Shown: positions 1-11,542 of the stretch, piece by piece
How the letters are laid out: every line of letters begins with the position of its first letter
Numbering within the stretch: position 1 is the stretch's first letter
Translations under genes and position numbers: made by a program
Assembly: GCA_002269645.1 (NCBI GenBank)
Contig: NIVC01000319.1
Coordinates: 1-64,000 of the forward strand
Direction of reading: 5' to 3'
DNA length: 64,000 nucleotides
Source: Macrostomum lignano
Taxonomy: Eukaryota
Notes under the pieces: model-generated
Seen by the model: only the letters and a program-made list of their open reading frames with translations
Told to the model about the DNA's origin: nothing
Database searches by the model: none

Positions 1-133
1 CATCTTGCGTCGCTAGCCAAAAGCAACCCCAGTTCTGAGCTCGGCCTCAGCAGAGATTTGAGAAGCTGCCGAGTAGATTAGGAAGATGAATTCGAATTGA
101 ACCCTGCGATTTGAGACTCGATTTGAACTCGAA

Positions 134-2610
134 ATGGCACGGGACGTAGAGCTATTGGCTGTTCTGAGTCTCGTCAGCATCTTCGAGGGTAAGTGAAGAG
201 CATAAAGAATGTAACTGTATGTACTACTTGCCATTTCTACTGTTTGCAATCGTAATAATGTGCTGCGTATAAAGTGCCTGTCAACTTACATGTAAGCTCA
301 TAAAGTGGAGCCCGAGTAATCTATGTACACAAATTATCTATCATTCTGCTCACAGTGACACCAGGAAGCTGGATTTTGGTAAAACAAGAGAGAGATTTGA
401 GAGAAAAGCAAGCAAGGGGATAATTAGGGACTCCACTTTATGAGCTTACGTTTACATATTAGTCCCTAATTGTTAGACTCCCATTCCTTTAAGACCATTG
501 ATAACCGTATTAACAACGTACTTAAATATCTTCATTTAGCAATAAACGCCTCGCCGCCGGGACTGGCGCATCTGTACAGCGATTTTTACCTGTCCAGGAC
601 CAGTTACAGGTACGCTAGGCCGGTGGTTAACAACTCTCAGCCAGTGATCATGTACATGAACGTCAGCTTGACGCAAATAATGGACGTGGATGAGAAGAAT
701 CAGATCATTAAGCTCAACATGTGGGTGTTGCAGGAGTGGACTGACCCATTCTTCATCTGGCATCCAGAGAGCTACGGTGGCGTCGATCATATGCTGCTGC
801 CGTCTGATGCGCTCTGGACACCCGACGTTGTGCTTTACAGCAAGTGAGTCGCCTTATGTATTCCTTACATTTTAGTGCAACAATCTGTATTTAAACATTG
901 ATGATGAACGAAGCGAAGAATCTTACAATATTTGTTTTCTGGTTCGGTACGAGCGTATATATCATGCAAATTGTTTTCAATACTGCTCTGAAGTTTTGGG
1001 GCTAAAGAACAAAAATCTGGATAGAGGTCAGGACCATTTGGCCAAATACGAGCGTATAGATCATGTCTGGTGTCTTGGTCTGGCTTTGCCTGCGTTTGGA
1101 ATTAAAAAGTCTTTTATCCTTGCTTATTCAACCTTTGCGGCGTCAATGACGGACACGGTGGAAGTGGAGTTGTGACAAAACCCTTAGCCACCTAATCCTA
1201 TATCTCGAAACTTTTTGTAGCAGTTTAGTTTTTGATATTTTGACTACGTGAGCACTATCAAGTTGATGCAGTTTAACTAGCTCGTCCAACACGAACTACT
1301 CAAAGAGTATTTATGATATAACTTGTAGCGCCGGCAGCGACTGGGACCTGAGCCAGTCTTCTACCAAGCTGAAGGTCTATTACGACGGCACGGTAGTTTG
1401 GAAGCCGCCCGTCATCTACGAGAGCACCTGCGACATCAATGTGGAGTTCTTCCCGTTCGACATGCAGGACTGCCGGCTGAAGATGGGCACCTGGACCTAC
1501 CACGGGCTGCACATCGACCTGCGACATCTAGCGCAGAAGGCCGAGGCTAAACGGCTCAACAGGATCAAGTTCGACGACTGCGAAGCCGAGATCAACTACG
1601 CAGTGGATCTGTCCGAGTATGTTGAGAACACGGAGTGGGACCTGCTTCAGGTGTCCGCCAAGCGAAACATTGTTTATTATGCCTGCTGCCCGGAGCCCTA
1701 CCTGGATATCACATTCTTGTAAGCATTAATAAATTTGCATTCAAGAGTCAGAATTTGAATGCTATCTAAACTAATATTCGTACTCCTTACCTGAACCAAC
1801 AGCCTGAAGTTTCGCCGGCAGTCCTTATTCTATGGGATCAGCCTCATCTGCCCCTGTTTGGCCATCAGCTTCCTCACCATCTGCGTGTTCTACCTGCCGG
1901 CTGATTCACAGGAGAAAATAACACTCAGCATCTCAATTCTTATCGCCCTGACTGTGTTCATGATGATGGTGTTCGACCTGACGCCCCCGACATCGCTCGT
2001 TGTCCCGTTGATTACCAAGTACCTGATGTTCACAATGATCCTAGTGAGCCTGTCCATCCTCGTGTCCACAGTCGTTCTGAACGTTCGCTACCGGTCGCCG
2101 CACGTGAACAAGGTGCCAGACTGGGCTAAGCGGCTGTTCCTGCAAACCCTGCCTGGCACTCTCTGCATGGACCGGCGAGCGCCTGTCGAGGACATCAGCC
2201 ACAGCAGCTACCACGGCGCTGACTGTCTCGAGGACGACGATGATGATGAGAAAGAAGAAGAGGATGAAGAAAGACTCGAAAGCATGGAGGAGAATGACAG
2301 TACGGATGTCATCGATGGTGAGGTGAGCGTCCACGATATGGCACGAGCTGTGCGCGGCGTCCGGTCGATTGCGCGCCGGATCCGCGCCGACATTCGGTCC
2401 AGCACCAGCACGGAGGAATGGAAGTACGTGGCGCTCGTGCTGGACAGAATCTTCCTGCTCAGTTTTGGCCTGTCGGCAATCGTTGGCACTTTTGGGATCT
2501 TCTTTCAGGCCCCGACGCTGTTCGACACTCAGAAGCCGCTTCGACGCGAGCTGGTCCACGAGTATGAGAGTAACCTGACTGTGGTGCGCAACTGCAGCTA
2601 CCGAGGGTGA
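134..2610 (+). CDS. Nicotinic acetylcholine receptor alpha subunit (cation-selective Cys-loop channel), 4 exons, 518 aa
   Basis: Exons 134-188, 540-843, 1329-1718, 1803-2610 joined by GT-AG introns with matching phases (1557 nt, open). Signal peptide MARDVELLAVLSLVSIFEA; WTPDVVLYSN; Cys-loop CDINVEFFPFDMQDC; loop B WTY; vicinal cysteines YYACCPEPY (alpha type); M1-M4 with DSQEKITLSISILIALTVF in M2. Confidence 0.95.
275..435 (+). repeat. Dispersed ~170-bp repeat in nAChR intron 1, related to 18190-18375
   Basis: Shared blocks GTCAACTTA, GAGTAA.CTATGTACA, TCATTCTGCTCACAGTGACAC.AGGAAGC and GGGATAATTAGG in the same order. Ends approximate. Confidence 0.6.
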
Positions 2611-3109
2611 ACCTCAAAAGAATTTCTGAGATCGGCAGTTTTTCATAAGGCATCCGATACTTTGGTTTCCAATGGGGCAATTCTCGCAAAGCTTGTTGAT
2701 TATAGCTCGCATAAACACCGAATCATGACCTTCACAACTCTCTGCTTCCTCTCGGATCCAAAACAATTAGATGGTTGAACTTCCTTGACTATTATATACG
2801 AGCTTGTTTTGAATGTTCTTTACCTTAAAAAATTAGCTCGTACGAGCGTATAATTTCAAAGTTGCGTTAAATTTTTCTACTGAATACATATGTTTGCTTG
2901 TAAATTTTTCTGTTAGCGTTCAATCAAAAAAGCTTTTTGAAGTTGCTGCGTTCTAAAGCAAAGCTGTTGGATAAATGTGAAGTTAAAGCAGATCCAGACA
3001 GTCGCAATTAAATTATTCACAAAACAGTGTGCAGATAGCCTCGATGATGCAAGGGTAGCTGTTCGTGTAAGTTCTCTTTGGTACAACAACCAAATGGATA
3101 TAGAAATAT

Positions 3110-5607
3110 TTAAAACGGCACCACAGGCAGCTCTTCGTCCATCTTGTTTGGCACTCTTTGATGCTTTGAATCAACGACGCGACCTTCGCAGGGTCGTCTC
3201 AAATCTTCGCGGTTCAGCGTCACCCCGAAGCCAGGCCTGTCGGCGGCCAGTCGTACGAAGCCTCGCTCAGGTAGCGGCTCATCCAGGAACAAGTTGCCGA
3301 AGTACGGGCTCACGGTGTCCGCCTCCGGGCTCAGGTTGATGAACTCGCCAAGCGGACAGTTGGGAAAAGCCATCTGCGAGATTTGGTAGGACGAAAGGTC
3401 AACTGACACACTACAGCCACCCAAGTCGCTATTGAACCGACCAAACTCCCACACGATTAGCATACAAAGGTCTCCCCGGGGCTCTTTGTGTAAGATTCAG
3501 GTTGACAAGGTTCTTTTACGGTGTCTTAATTTGAAATTTAATCCTCATTTTATTCCCCTTATCACCCGGGAGCTCAAGGCAAGGACCTGAATGCGATGTC
3601 TAGGCGTTTTTATTCGACTGACCGGACAAGTTCTGCATGCAGTTTGCGGTCGGCCTGATTCACTTCGGGACCCATTCCGGTGCTCAAAGTTGGCGTTCCC
3701 TTTTGCCTACTTTGATGTTGGTGTAAGCAAGCCTTTAAGGGCATTCGCTCGTAATTCGAAGTTTTTTTTAGTTTAATCGGTTAGTTTAGATAAATTCAGA
3801 GAATATTGAGTAGCTATAACACTAAATTTAATTTTTACTTTATTGACTATGAGTAGAAGCGGAACAGAACAAAGCGAACTTGAAGTACTCTTTAATTAAA
3901 TCAACTGAAAGCTAGCAGTTGTCAATTTGGTATCCAAGCAAGCTTAAGCCAACCTGCAGATGGTAGCTGTACACGCTGGATCCATGTGGAACAACTACGG
4001 CATCCCGAGCAGCTGCCATGGCGACCACCCGACGCGCCTCGGTAATGCCGCCAAGCCAGGTGATGTCCGGCTGCAGGACGGTCACGCCGCCATCGATTAG
4101 ATCTCGAAATCCGTAGCGCGAGTACTCGTGCTCACCGCAGGTCAGCTGGACGGTCGACCCGCTGGCCATCAAGGAGTCAGCCAACCGGCGATATCCGGGA
4201 TAGTCATCCGGATGCAGCGGCTCTTCCAGCCATCGCAAGCCGTGCGGCTCGAGAGCCTTGGCCAGGCGCAGGCTGTAGGGCACGCTGAGCGCCATGTAGC
4301 AGTCCAGCATGAGCGGGAAGTCCGGTCCCACCTTGCGGCGCCAATCGGCAAAGTAGGCCACGTTACGGCGCAGGCCAGCGTCGCCTTCTGCCGGACCGTG
4401 CGGGCACGGCACCTTGGCGCCGGCAAAACCCAACTTCTGAGCAATGTCCGGCCGAGCTGTGGTGCAGTACACGGGCAGGCGGTCGCGACAGAGACCGCCA
4501 AGTAGATTATAAACTGGTTCGCCTCGCAGTCGTCCCAGCAGGTCCCACAGCGCCAGGTCCACAGCGCTGATTGCTTGCAGAGTGAGGCCCTTGCGGCCGT
4601 AATTAACTGTGGCGCGGTACATGCAGTCCCACATCTTCTCGATGTTGCGCGGGTCTTCGCCCTCGATGAAGCGGCTTAGGTGGTTTTCAACGATGTAACA
4701 GCCTGCGGTGAGTAACGGAACGGCAAATTGATGACGTAGACAACTGTACATATAGATACCTGTAGCTGATCGATGTCTCTCACCTGGCTCCCCGGCGATT
4801 GTGACTCCAACTCCGGTGGTGCCGTCCTCCGCTTCGACCTCCACAATCATGCTGCCCAAAGCGTTGATGCCCCATGACTTGCGGGTGGCGCGGTACTGAG
4901 AATAGCAGCTCATGGGATTAGCGATGGGAGTCGGGTAGCCGTTAATCCAGTGCCTGGACAGATGATTTACTAAGTGTAGACATGCCATGCCATGTTAATC
5001 AGAAATTATACACGCTACAGTAATTCAGTTCCCCCAGACATTGCGGTTCTCCATCTGATTTTCGATTGGAGGACCATAGTTTTGATTGGAGGCCGCGCTT
5101 GAAAGATGTGGGCCCGCCAAAACCTGCGGCACCAGAAACGCTTCAGAAAAAAATAACGCACCAGAAGGTGATGTTGGAAAGGAAATCTAAGTAGAACATC
5201 CAGTCCTCGGGACATTGTACGCAGGTTCTTATCTAACTGCTTTCGCATGGCAAGGCCCTGAACAGGACATCACTTGGAATTCAATTGCATCAGCGCGCAT
5301 CAGTCATGAATTTCTTGTCCAGCTAAGAGCGAGCTAAATGCCATCGTCATGCTTGCATAAACCCAGAATAAGCTCAGAATCTCACGCTACATTATTTTTT
5401 TTAATATAAAAAATAACGTCAGGTCAAATGCCTATTTTCAAATGGATTTTAGACAAAGACCCAACAGAGCACAGTTCAATTTCAGCTTTGCCTGTCGTCC
5501 ACATCGTGGCAGTCGGCGCCCTGACGGTCCCCGCTGTTCGTGACAGCAGCCTTCAGCTGGTCCCTGACGTAGGCTCGGACCTCGCGAATCCGGGGCATCG
5601 AGGCCAT
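3110..5607 (-). CDS. L-rhamnonate dehydratase-like enzyme (mandelate racemase subgroup, enolase superfamily), 4 exons, 432 aa
   Basis: Exons 5607-5492, 4953-4784, 4702-3954, 3373-3110 (1299 nt, open). Motifs recognisably colinear with bacterial RhmD/YfaW: GADCHDVDDRHWI, PIANPMS, SWGINALG, GCYIVENHLSRFIEG, AISAVDLALWDL, LMLDCYM, WLEEPL, GEHE, QPDITWLGG, VVPHGSSVYSYH, DRPGFGV. Confidence 0.9.
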
Positions 5608-6272
5608 GGCTCCAAGTAGCGGTACTCCACTCATTACTGCTTATACGAGCGTAGTTCAAGAGTTTACTTGCGAATCTTTATTTATTCTGGCTCGGACTTA
5701 TTGGCCTCTTATCTATCTCTTTAGAATTTTACTCGACTGGGAAAAGGTTCGGCTGTTAATATTCAATACAAAATCTCGTTGAATTGTGACAATCGTGACT
5801 TGGCTGGTTCTGCTACTTATAACTTGAACAAGTTTCCGAGAGAAGAGATCCATGCTGAGCATGCGGGACAGAGTTTGGTTGAGAAACCATATATATATTT
5901 TGCACGAACACCTGCCATATCTACTGCTTATGACGAATTTTAAAAAATATAATATATAATAAAAAGTACACGCGTCCTTGTGTAGTAAATTAGTTTGTGT
6001 TTTACTAGCTTAATATGCACCTGCAAATTATCGACACCTGTAAATATCGCTAAAACTATTTCAGCGTCTCTTTTGAGAACTCAGCTCAGCCGACAAAACA
6101 TAGGTGCTAACATTTTTTATTAAATTTAGGCTTTGAAAAAGAAAATCAGTCTCTATACAATCCAGCGAAGCCCTAATTATAGCAGATCAATATGCGGGGC
6201 CAATAGCTTAGCAGCAACTCTACTATAAGTAGTGATGATGAAAACTGAAAATACTTGCTGCTGAGAACAATC

Positions 6273-7674
6273 TCAAACCAAAGTGCAAGCAACTCGGTCA
6301 GCCAGCAGCAGCAGCAGTGGCAGCAGCTGGCAGCCAGCTCCCAACCCGGCAATCGAGCGGCTTTCTTTGCTCGAAAAATCCGACGAAACCGTGACGCGAA
6401 CCTTGGGCCGACGGGGGAAGTCGTCCGCTGAGCTCCCCTTCGCCTCCCGCGACCTGCGCAGCCTGTACTCGAACGGGGTGAGGCGGCGGACCCACACGTA
6501 CGACAGCTGGTTCATCAAGTCCGTGTGGTACAGAACCCTGGGCGACTTTGTCTTTTTGAAGTTGCAATATGGCTCTGAGCAGGTGACGCAGGACTTCTCG
6601 TTGGCGGGACAAGTGCCGCAGTCGCCTTTAAAATACTGTCAGAGGTTGTTCATTGCTGCATTGAACACTGTGTCGTCTTACGACAAAACTTTACCGTAAA
6701 AGTAACATATCTGACACAAGGCACACTGTAGTACAGAACAGGACGTAAAACTCAAGATCTTGTGTGATTTTTTGCGGCCAATTTCTTGGAAAATGCACTG
6801 CGGAGATAGGAAAAAATTTTTCATCACAAAATCATGATTTCATTTGAACTGGCACAGTGAATATTATCATTTTTTATTTAACATGCACAGCAGCTTTACT
6901 CTTTGGTATTTTATAGAGTTGTGACGTGACAGTTTCTCTTTCATATTGTTTTTTTTATTTCATAAGCGCAAAGCCGTAAGTATTCACTAGCTTTTTTCAT
7001 AAAATAAAAAAAAGATATGAAGATGAAACTTTGACTGCACAACTCTATAAATTACAACAAAATATCATGCTTCGCATGCTAATTTTAAAGATTGGTAATC
7101 TTCGCTGCCCCAGACCAAATGCAATTATTTTGGTATTTGTTCAGGAAATTAGTCTCTAAAAATTAGACGATCCTTGAGTTTCAAGTCCTGTTAGTTATAC
7201 TACAGTGGTCCTTCAGCTGAAATGCTATAAATTAGATCATCGTGATCGCGCAAATCGACATGACTCACCGTCGATTGCGCCGGCTGGGCGAAATTCGGGA
7301 CCGGCCTGCTGACGTTCACGTACCAGCAGCTGAAGATGCCGACGGCGCAGTCGGCCTTGTTGGGCAAAGTCCAATGGGACATTCCGTGCATTTCCACCTT
7401 GTGGCAGTGCATTGGCTTTAGATGGAGGCGACTGTCTGCTTGCCCTGGTTTACAATACGAGTACAGTAGTGCGAGTTAAAGAGATTGGATGCGTCAAAGT
7501 TGCTACTCGCATTGCTGCTTCAAAAAGTCCAGAAGCTAGAAACCTTTGGCTTCGACTGGGGCTCTAGTCTAGAAGCCCTGAAAAGTCAGTAGTCAGATAT
7601 ATACGCTTACCGGCGAGAAATACCAACAGCGTCAATGCCCAGAGCACTTGAAGTCGGTTGATGAATGAAGGCAT
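6273..7674 (-). CDS. Secreted/GPI-anchored Ly6/uPAR (three-finger-fold)-like protein, 3 exons, 200 aa
   Basis: Exons 7674-7611 (MPSFINRLQVLWALTLLVFLA, donor GTAAGC), 7444-7269 (donor GTGAGT), 6635-6273; phases 1 and 0 match. Eight Cys ending in CVTCSEPYCN (LU-domain C...CN terminus), then a basic linker and a hydrophobic C-terminus (AGLGAGCQLLPLLLLLA). Confidence 0.7.
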
Positions 7675-7799
7675 GCTTGATTGCAGCTATTCTTTGTACT
7701 ATGGCTTGAATGATTGGTCTGTAAACCTGGCTTGATTTGGAACTTTTATGCTGAAATTCTACGTCAGGCTCATTTAGGCACTGGCTTTAAGTGCATGTA

Positions 7800-8812
7800 T
7801 ACCTTTTTACGTTCTATTTGATAAAAACTGCAACCAATTTGGCCACGGCTCAGCCTGACCATAGACATAGAATTTTCCATAGACAGCCACCGCTAGCGGC
7901 AACCAATTTGGTAAAAACTGCGAGCTATTTTGCCAGCTTGAAGATAGCAGCTGCTCTGATGGCGAATCGTGGGCCGTACCAAAAGATAAGTCAGCTGGAT
8001 CGAGAGCGAATCGTGAGAGCGTACAGGAGTGGCGACGACTGGGGAGAGCTTGGCAGAATGATGGGGATGAAGAAACCGACAGTGAGGAACATCGTGACCA
8101 CGTATGAACGAACTGGTAGAGTTGGCACTCTGCCAAAAGGAGGAGTGAAGAGGATGGCGCTGACGGAGGCTATGGTGGACACCATTGTTCAATTCGAACG
8201 AGCACTTCATGGAATTCCTCTCTGAGATCGATGTTCTGATGGAAGAGGAGTTTGTGCTACTGTCCGATGGGGCTCGCGCTCACCTAGTTGTCCCTGGGAT
8301 GTCTGAAGGTCATGCTCACCGATTCCTGCCTCCATACTCGCCGTTCATCAACCCGGCGGAGTACGCAGGCTCAGCGCTGAAGGCCAAGCTGAAAACGCAA
8401 TTGCAATCACCTGCCATTCAGCGCGAGGTGGCAGATACTGGACTGGCTGCTGCAGCAGGTGCGACACTGCATCAGCACAGGATACGCATTCTGAAGAGAG
8501 AAGTGCAGCAAGCACTGAACTGCATCACGCCTCTCAAGTGCCTGCGCTGGATCAACCATTCCCAGACGTACTTCAATCGGTGCTTGAATGCTGAGGACAT
8601 AATGTTCTGACTTCGTGCATGTATTGTTAACATTCTTTATCGTTATTGTTATGCTATTGAGCTGCTATCTTCAAGCTGGCAAAATAGCTCGCAGTTTTTA
8701 CCAAATTGGTTGCCGCTAGCGGTGGCTGTCTATGGAAAATTGCTGCGGCTGCGTCAGGCTGAGCCGTGGCCAAATTGGTTGCAGTTTTTATCAAATAGAA
8801 CGTAAAAAGGAA
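7800..8812 (+). mobile_element. Tc1/mariner-IS630 superfamily DNA transposon, internally deleted
   Basis: ~153-bp inverted repeats at 7800-7952 and 8660-8812, TA on both flanks (7798-7799, 8813-8814). Confidence 0.9.
7959..8610 (+). pseudogene. Tc1/IS630-like transposase remnant: HTH N-terminus joined out of frame to the C-terminal half of the DDE domain
   Basis: MANRGPYQKISQLDRERIVRAY...TVRNIV (HTH); frame change near 8185-8200; SDGARAH...FLPPYSPFINPAE. The segment with the first catalytic D is missing. Confidence 0.85.
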
Positions 8813-10405
8813 TATTAAGTAGATGTCCGCCTTAGTCTATGAGCTAAACAGTAAAACAAACAAATCGTCAAACTAGATTGACTCGTCGTGCTGATGAAAA
8901 AATGTTCTTTTGCGATTTGTTGACTTCTTTTGCCTGTGCCTTTTGCCTATCACAACTAATTAGAATGTTATATGTTTACTACTGCAATTTCGGCATATAA
9001 TTCGTATGCTTTATTATTCCAGTGAATATAATTATTTTTTCGACGAATCGTGAGTTAAAATAAAATCTCGCACACAAGCAGTATTCGATCTTATTTTTTC
9101 GGTGCCAATGTAAAGCCTCAGGGACAGTTGCATTCTAGCTTGTGTCAAGTCTTTGATTAATTTTGCTAGAATTTTCATCATGTCTCTGTCTTCTGGCAGG
9201 GCTTCGCCACCGCGGGGGGATAGGGGGGGGGGCACGTCTCCCCAAGTAAAAACCATGGGGGGATATTCCAAAGCCAAAAAACACAGATTCCCCAAATAAT
9301 GTGGGAATTGTTGGCTTTGTTCCCCCCGACACCATAAAATCCATGGAAACGCCTCTGTCTTATGGAGTCATTAAGTAAAATCCTTTTTACTTAATCCTTT
9401 TTATCCTCTTTTAAAATCCTTTTTATCCTCTGCAGTTTTTTTATAATTTGAAACTTCATTTAAAATTTGCTTTTCAAATTTGTCGCGCGGGAATCTGAAC
9501 TTCACTTTCAACTCCTACATGTCACTTTGGGCTTGGCCCTATTATTCTCGTCAGGTCATAATTGTGTCTCTATAAATATTTTTTGAGGTTGCTAATTTAA
9601 AATTTAAAATTCATTTCTGTTTAGCTTCAACCCAAAAGTAGCCCAGAACCAACCGTTCCCGGGCATAATAGGAAATGGAGGAGTTTTGGATAGAGAGATT
9701 CATCATGGGGATCGATTTTACACATATAATCTTCAATGGAGGCATGGAGCTCTGTTGAATTTTAGGCATATCAATTACCCACTGGTTTAAAGCCAACCAC
9801 TGTGGTATGCTGCAGTCCACATAAAAAATGTTGTCTGAGCGCGCGATAACATTCAAATCTATTACTTTTCATGCTGCGTTTCATTTATGTGTGTAGTGAA
9901 GCTCAGCCTAATATTGTAAATACAAATTTATTTACAGTTAGCTTAATTTAACAGTCATTTTTCAACTTTTTTGACCGTGCTTTGTTAAATTGCAATGAAT
10001 TCAAACGTCAGTTTAACTTGAAAGCGATCTTAACTCTCATTCCTAGATAAACCTTGAATATTCACAGTTTAACTAGGAATTTAACCAGGAATCGGCTTCA
10101 ATTTTTTTAGCGGGTCGGTAAAAACAAAAGGGAAGCACAAGTTGACACTTTGCAAACACAGAGGGTCATTTTTCATAGTTTTATACGTATATAAGGCTCC
10201 CAATCAGTCTCTGGCAAAAGTTAAAGAAATGGTGATTCAAAAATATTTGACGTACCTAAAGTTCAAGAAGTCCAATTCTTCATTGTCTATGGCCGTTAAG
10301 TCAGAATCATCGAGGCGCTCTTCTTTTTTCTTGATCAATCACTGATCAACCGCGAACTCCAGTGGTCCACACAGAGATTTCTCTATTCGATTTTCTTGTG
10401 CATGC

Positions 10406-11347
10406 ATGGCATTGAATGCCGCCAATGCAACGCTGACCAGCGAGCCTGAATACCCATTTCATACAGCTGTGCTGACAGCTTGCTACTTGGTTGGAGCTCT
10501 GCAGATCGGCTTCTACGGTTTCTACATCCTGTTCATGGGCATGGACTCCGTGTTCAATGCCAGTCGCGCATTCGACTACGAGGACTTTGACTGCCAGAGG
10601 AAAGCGGTGCCGCAGGGCAGCGAAGAGCTGGAGAACAATGCCAACTCTAGGCGCGTCGGACCAGACGAGGCGACGGTAGCGACGACCGCCTCCGCCACTG
10701 CAACCGCCACCGCCTCCGCCACCGCTAACGAGGAGGCGTACGACAACAACAGCAACTACGGTGGCAAGAAAGTTGTCGAGGACGAACTGGTTCAGCAGCA
10801 GGATGAAACGGATGTTGGAGACGGCGATGGGGGAGCCGGCAGCAGCAGCAGCAGTCGCCGGCATGTCGGTCGGGCGAGCTCCAGACGCCTTGGCCGTAGC
10901 AGTGGAGGCAACGCCGCAATGGCAGTTCGAGGAGGTCGGGGCTTTGCGACCCGAGGCCCGCTATACCGCCTCATGCAGTCCTGCTCCTGCATGCTGGTCT
11001 ACAAGTCCGACGATGAAGAGGATGAGGAGGATGATGATGGAAGCGGCTGCGGATTCGAAGATCAGGAGGAAACCGACGACGAGAGCAGCAGCTATGATTC
11101 CGACTCGGACAGCTGCTCGGACAATGGCAGTAGCGGGCAAGGATCGAAGGACCGGGCTGATGGCGACGCGACGGCCACCGCGGCTGCAGTGGCGACTCCA
11201 GCCACTGCGGCCTCTGCTGCGCCTTGCCCTTCGGGGCGGCCACATCAGCATCGAAAAAGGGCCGATTTTCGAAAGACGGCCTGTGCCAAGCGACATCCAA
11301 ATGGTCGGCAGGCTCGGCATCAGCACCAGCGCAGCAGCCACTGCTGA
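10406..11347 (+). CDS. Orphan single-pass membrane protein with long acidic/Ser/Ala-rich tail, copy 1 (313 aa)
   Basis: Single ORF; N-terminal NAT sequon, hydrophobic AVLTACYLVGALQIGFYGFYILFMGM, D/E-rich tail; AATAAA at ~11473. ORF is intact in the second copy, with more synonymous than replacement differences by eye. Confidence 0.7.
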   Translation: MALNAANATLTSEPEYPFHTAVLTACYLVGALQIGFYGFYILFMGMDSVFNASRAFDYEDFDCQRKAVPQGSEELENNANSRRVGPDEATVATTASATATATASATANEEAYDNNSNYGGKKVVEDELVQQQDETDVGDGDGGAGSSSSSRRHVGRASSRRLGRSSGGNAAMAVRGGRGFATRGPLYRLMQSCSCMLVYKSDDEEDEEDDDGSGCGFEDQEETDDESSSYDSDSDSCSDNGSSGQGSKDRADGDATATAAAVATPATAASAAPCPSGRPHQHRKRADFRKTACAKRHPNGRQARHQHQRSSHC

Positions 11348-11542
11348 GTTATTATCGCCCAGAGAGAAAGTTAAATTGGCGAACTCAAAGTAGAAAAAAA
11401 CTGTTGGATAGTGACTTCTACATGTATGCGTAGCAACAGGCGTTGGCTCTCTCACTCGTGTTAACATAATCAATAAATAAATACTCGATTGAACCCAATT
11501 TGGGCTCAGGTGTTTAGTTGATAATTTTATTCTCCGGTTCAG

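Noticed and set aside
13-249. 78-aa minus-strand ORF
   Set aside because: Antisense to the nAChR signal-peptide exon; no independent support.
3110-5607. Bacterial contamination as the source of the dehydratase
   Set aside because: Three spliceosomal introns with consistent phases, flanked by animal genes.
6283-6699. 138-aa plus-strand ORF
   Set aside because: Antisense to exon 3 of the Ly6-like gene, which has the splice-site and Cys-pattern support.
9190-9357. G-run-rich segment ending GGAAACGCCTCTG, resembling one end of a non-autonomous DNA transposon
   Set aside because: No matching opposite end or TSD found.
10346-11473. Overlapping alternative-frame and antisense ORFs around the orphan TM gene (also 48810-49894)
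   Set aside because: GC-rich trinucleotide-like DNA keeps several frames open; the 313-aa frame has the TM and the silent-change pattern.
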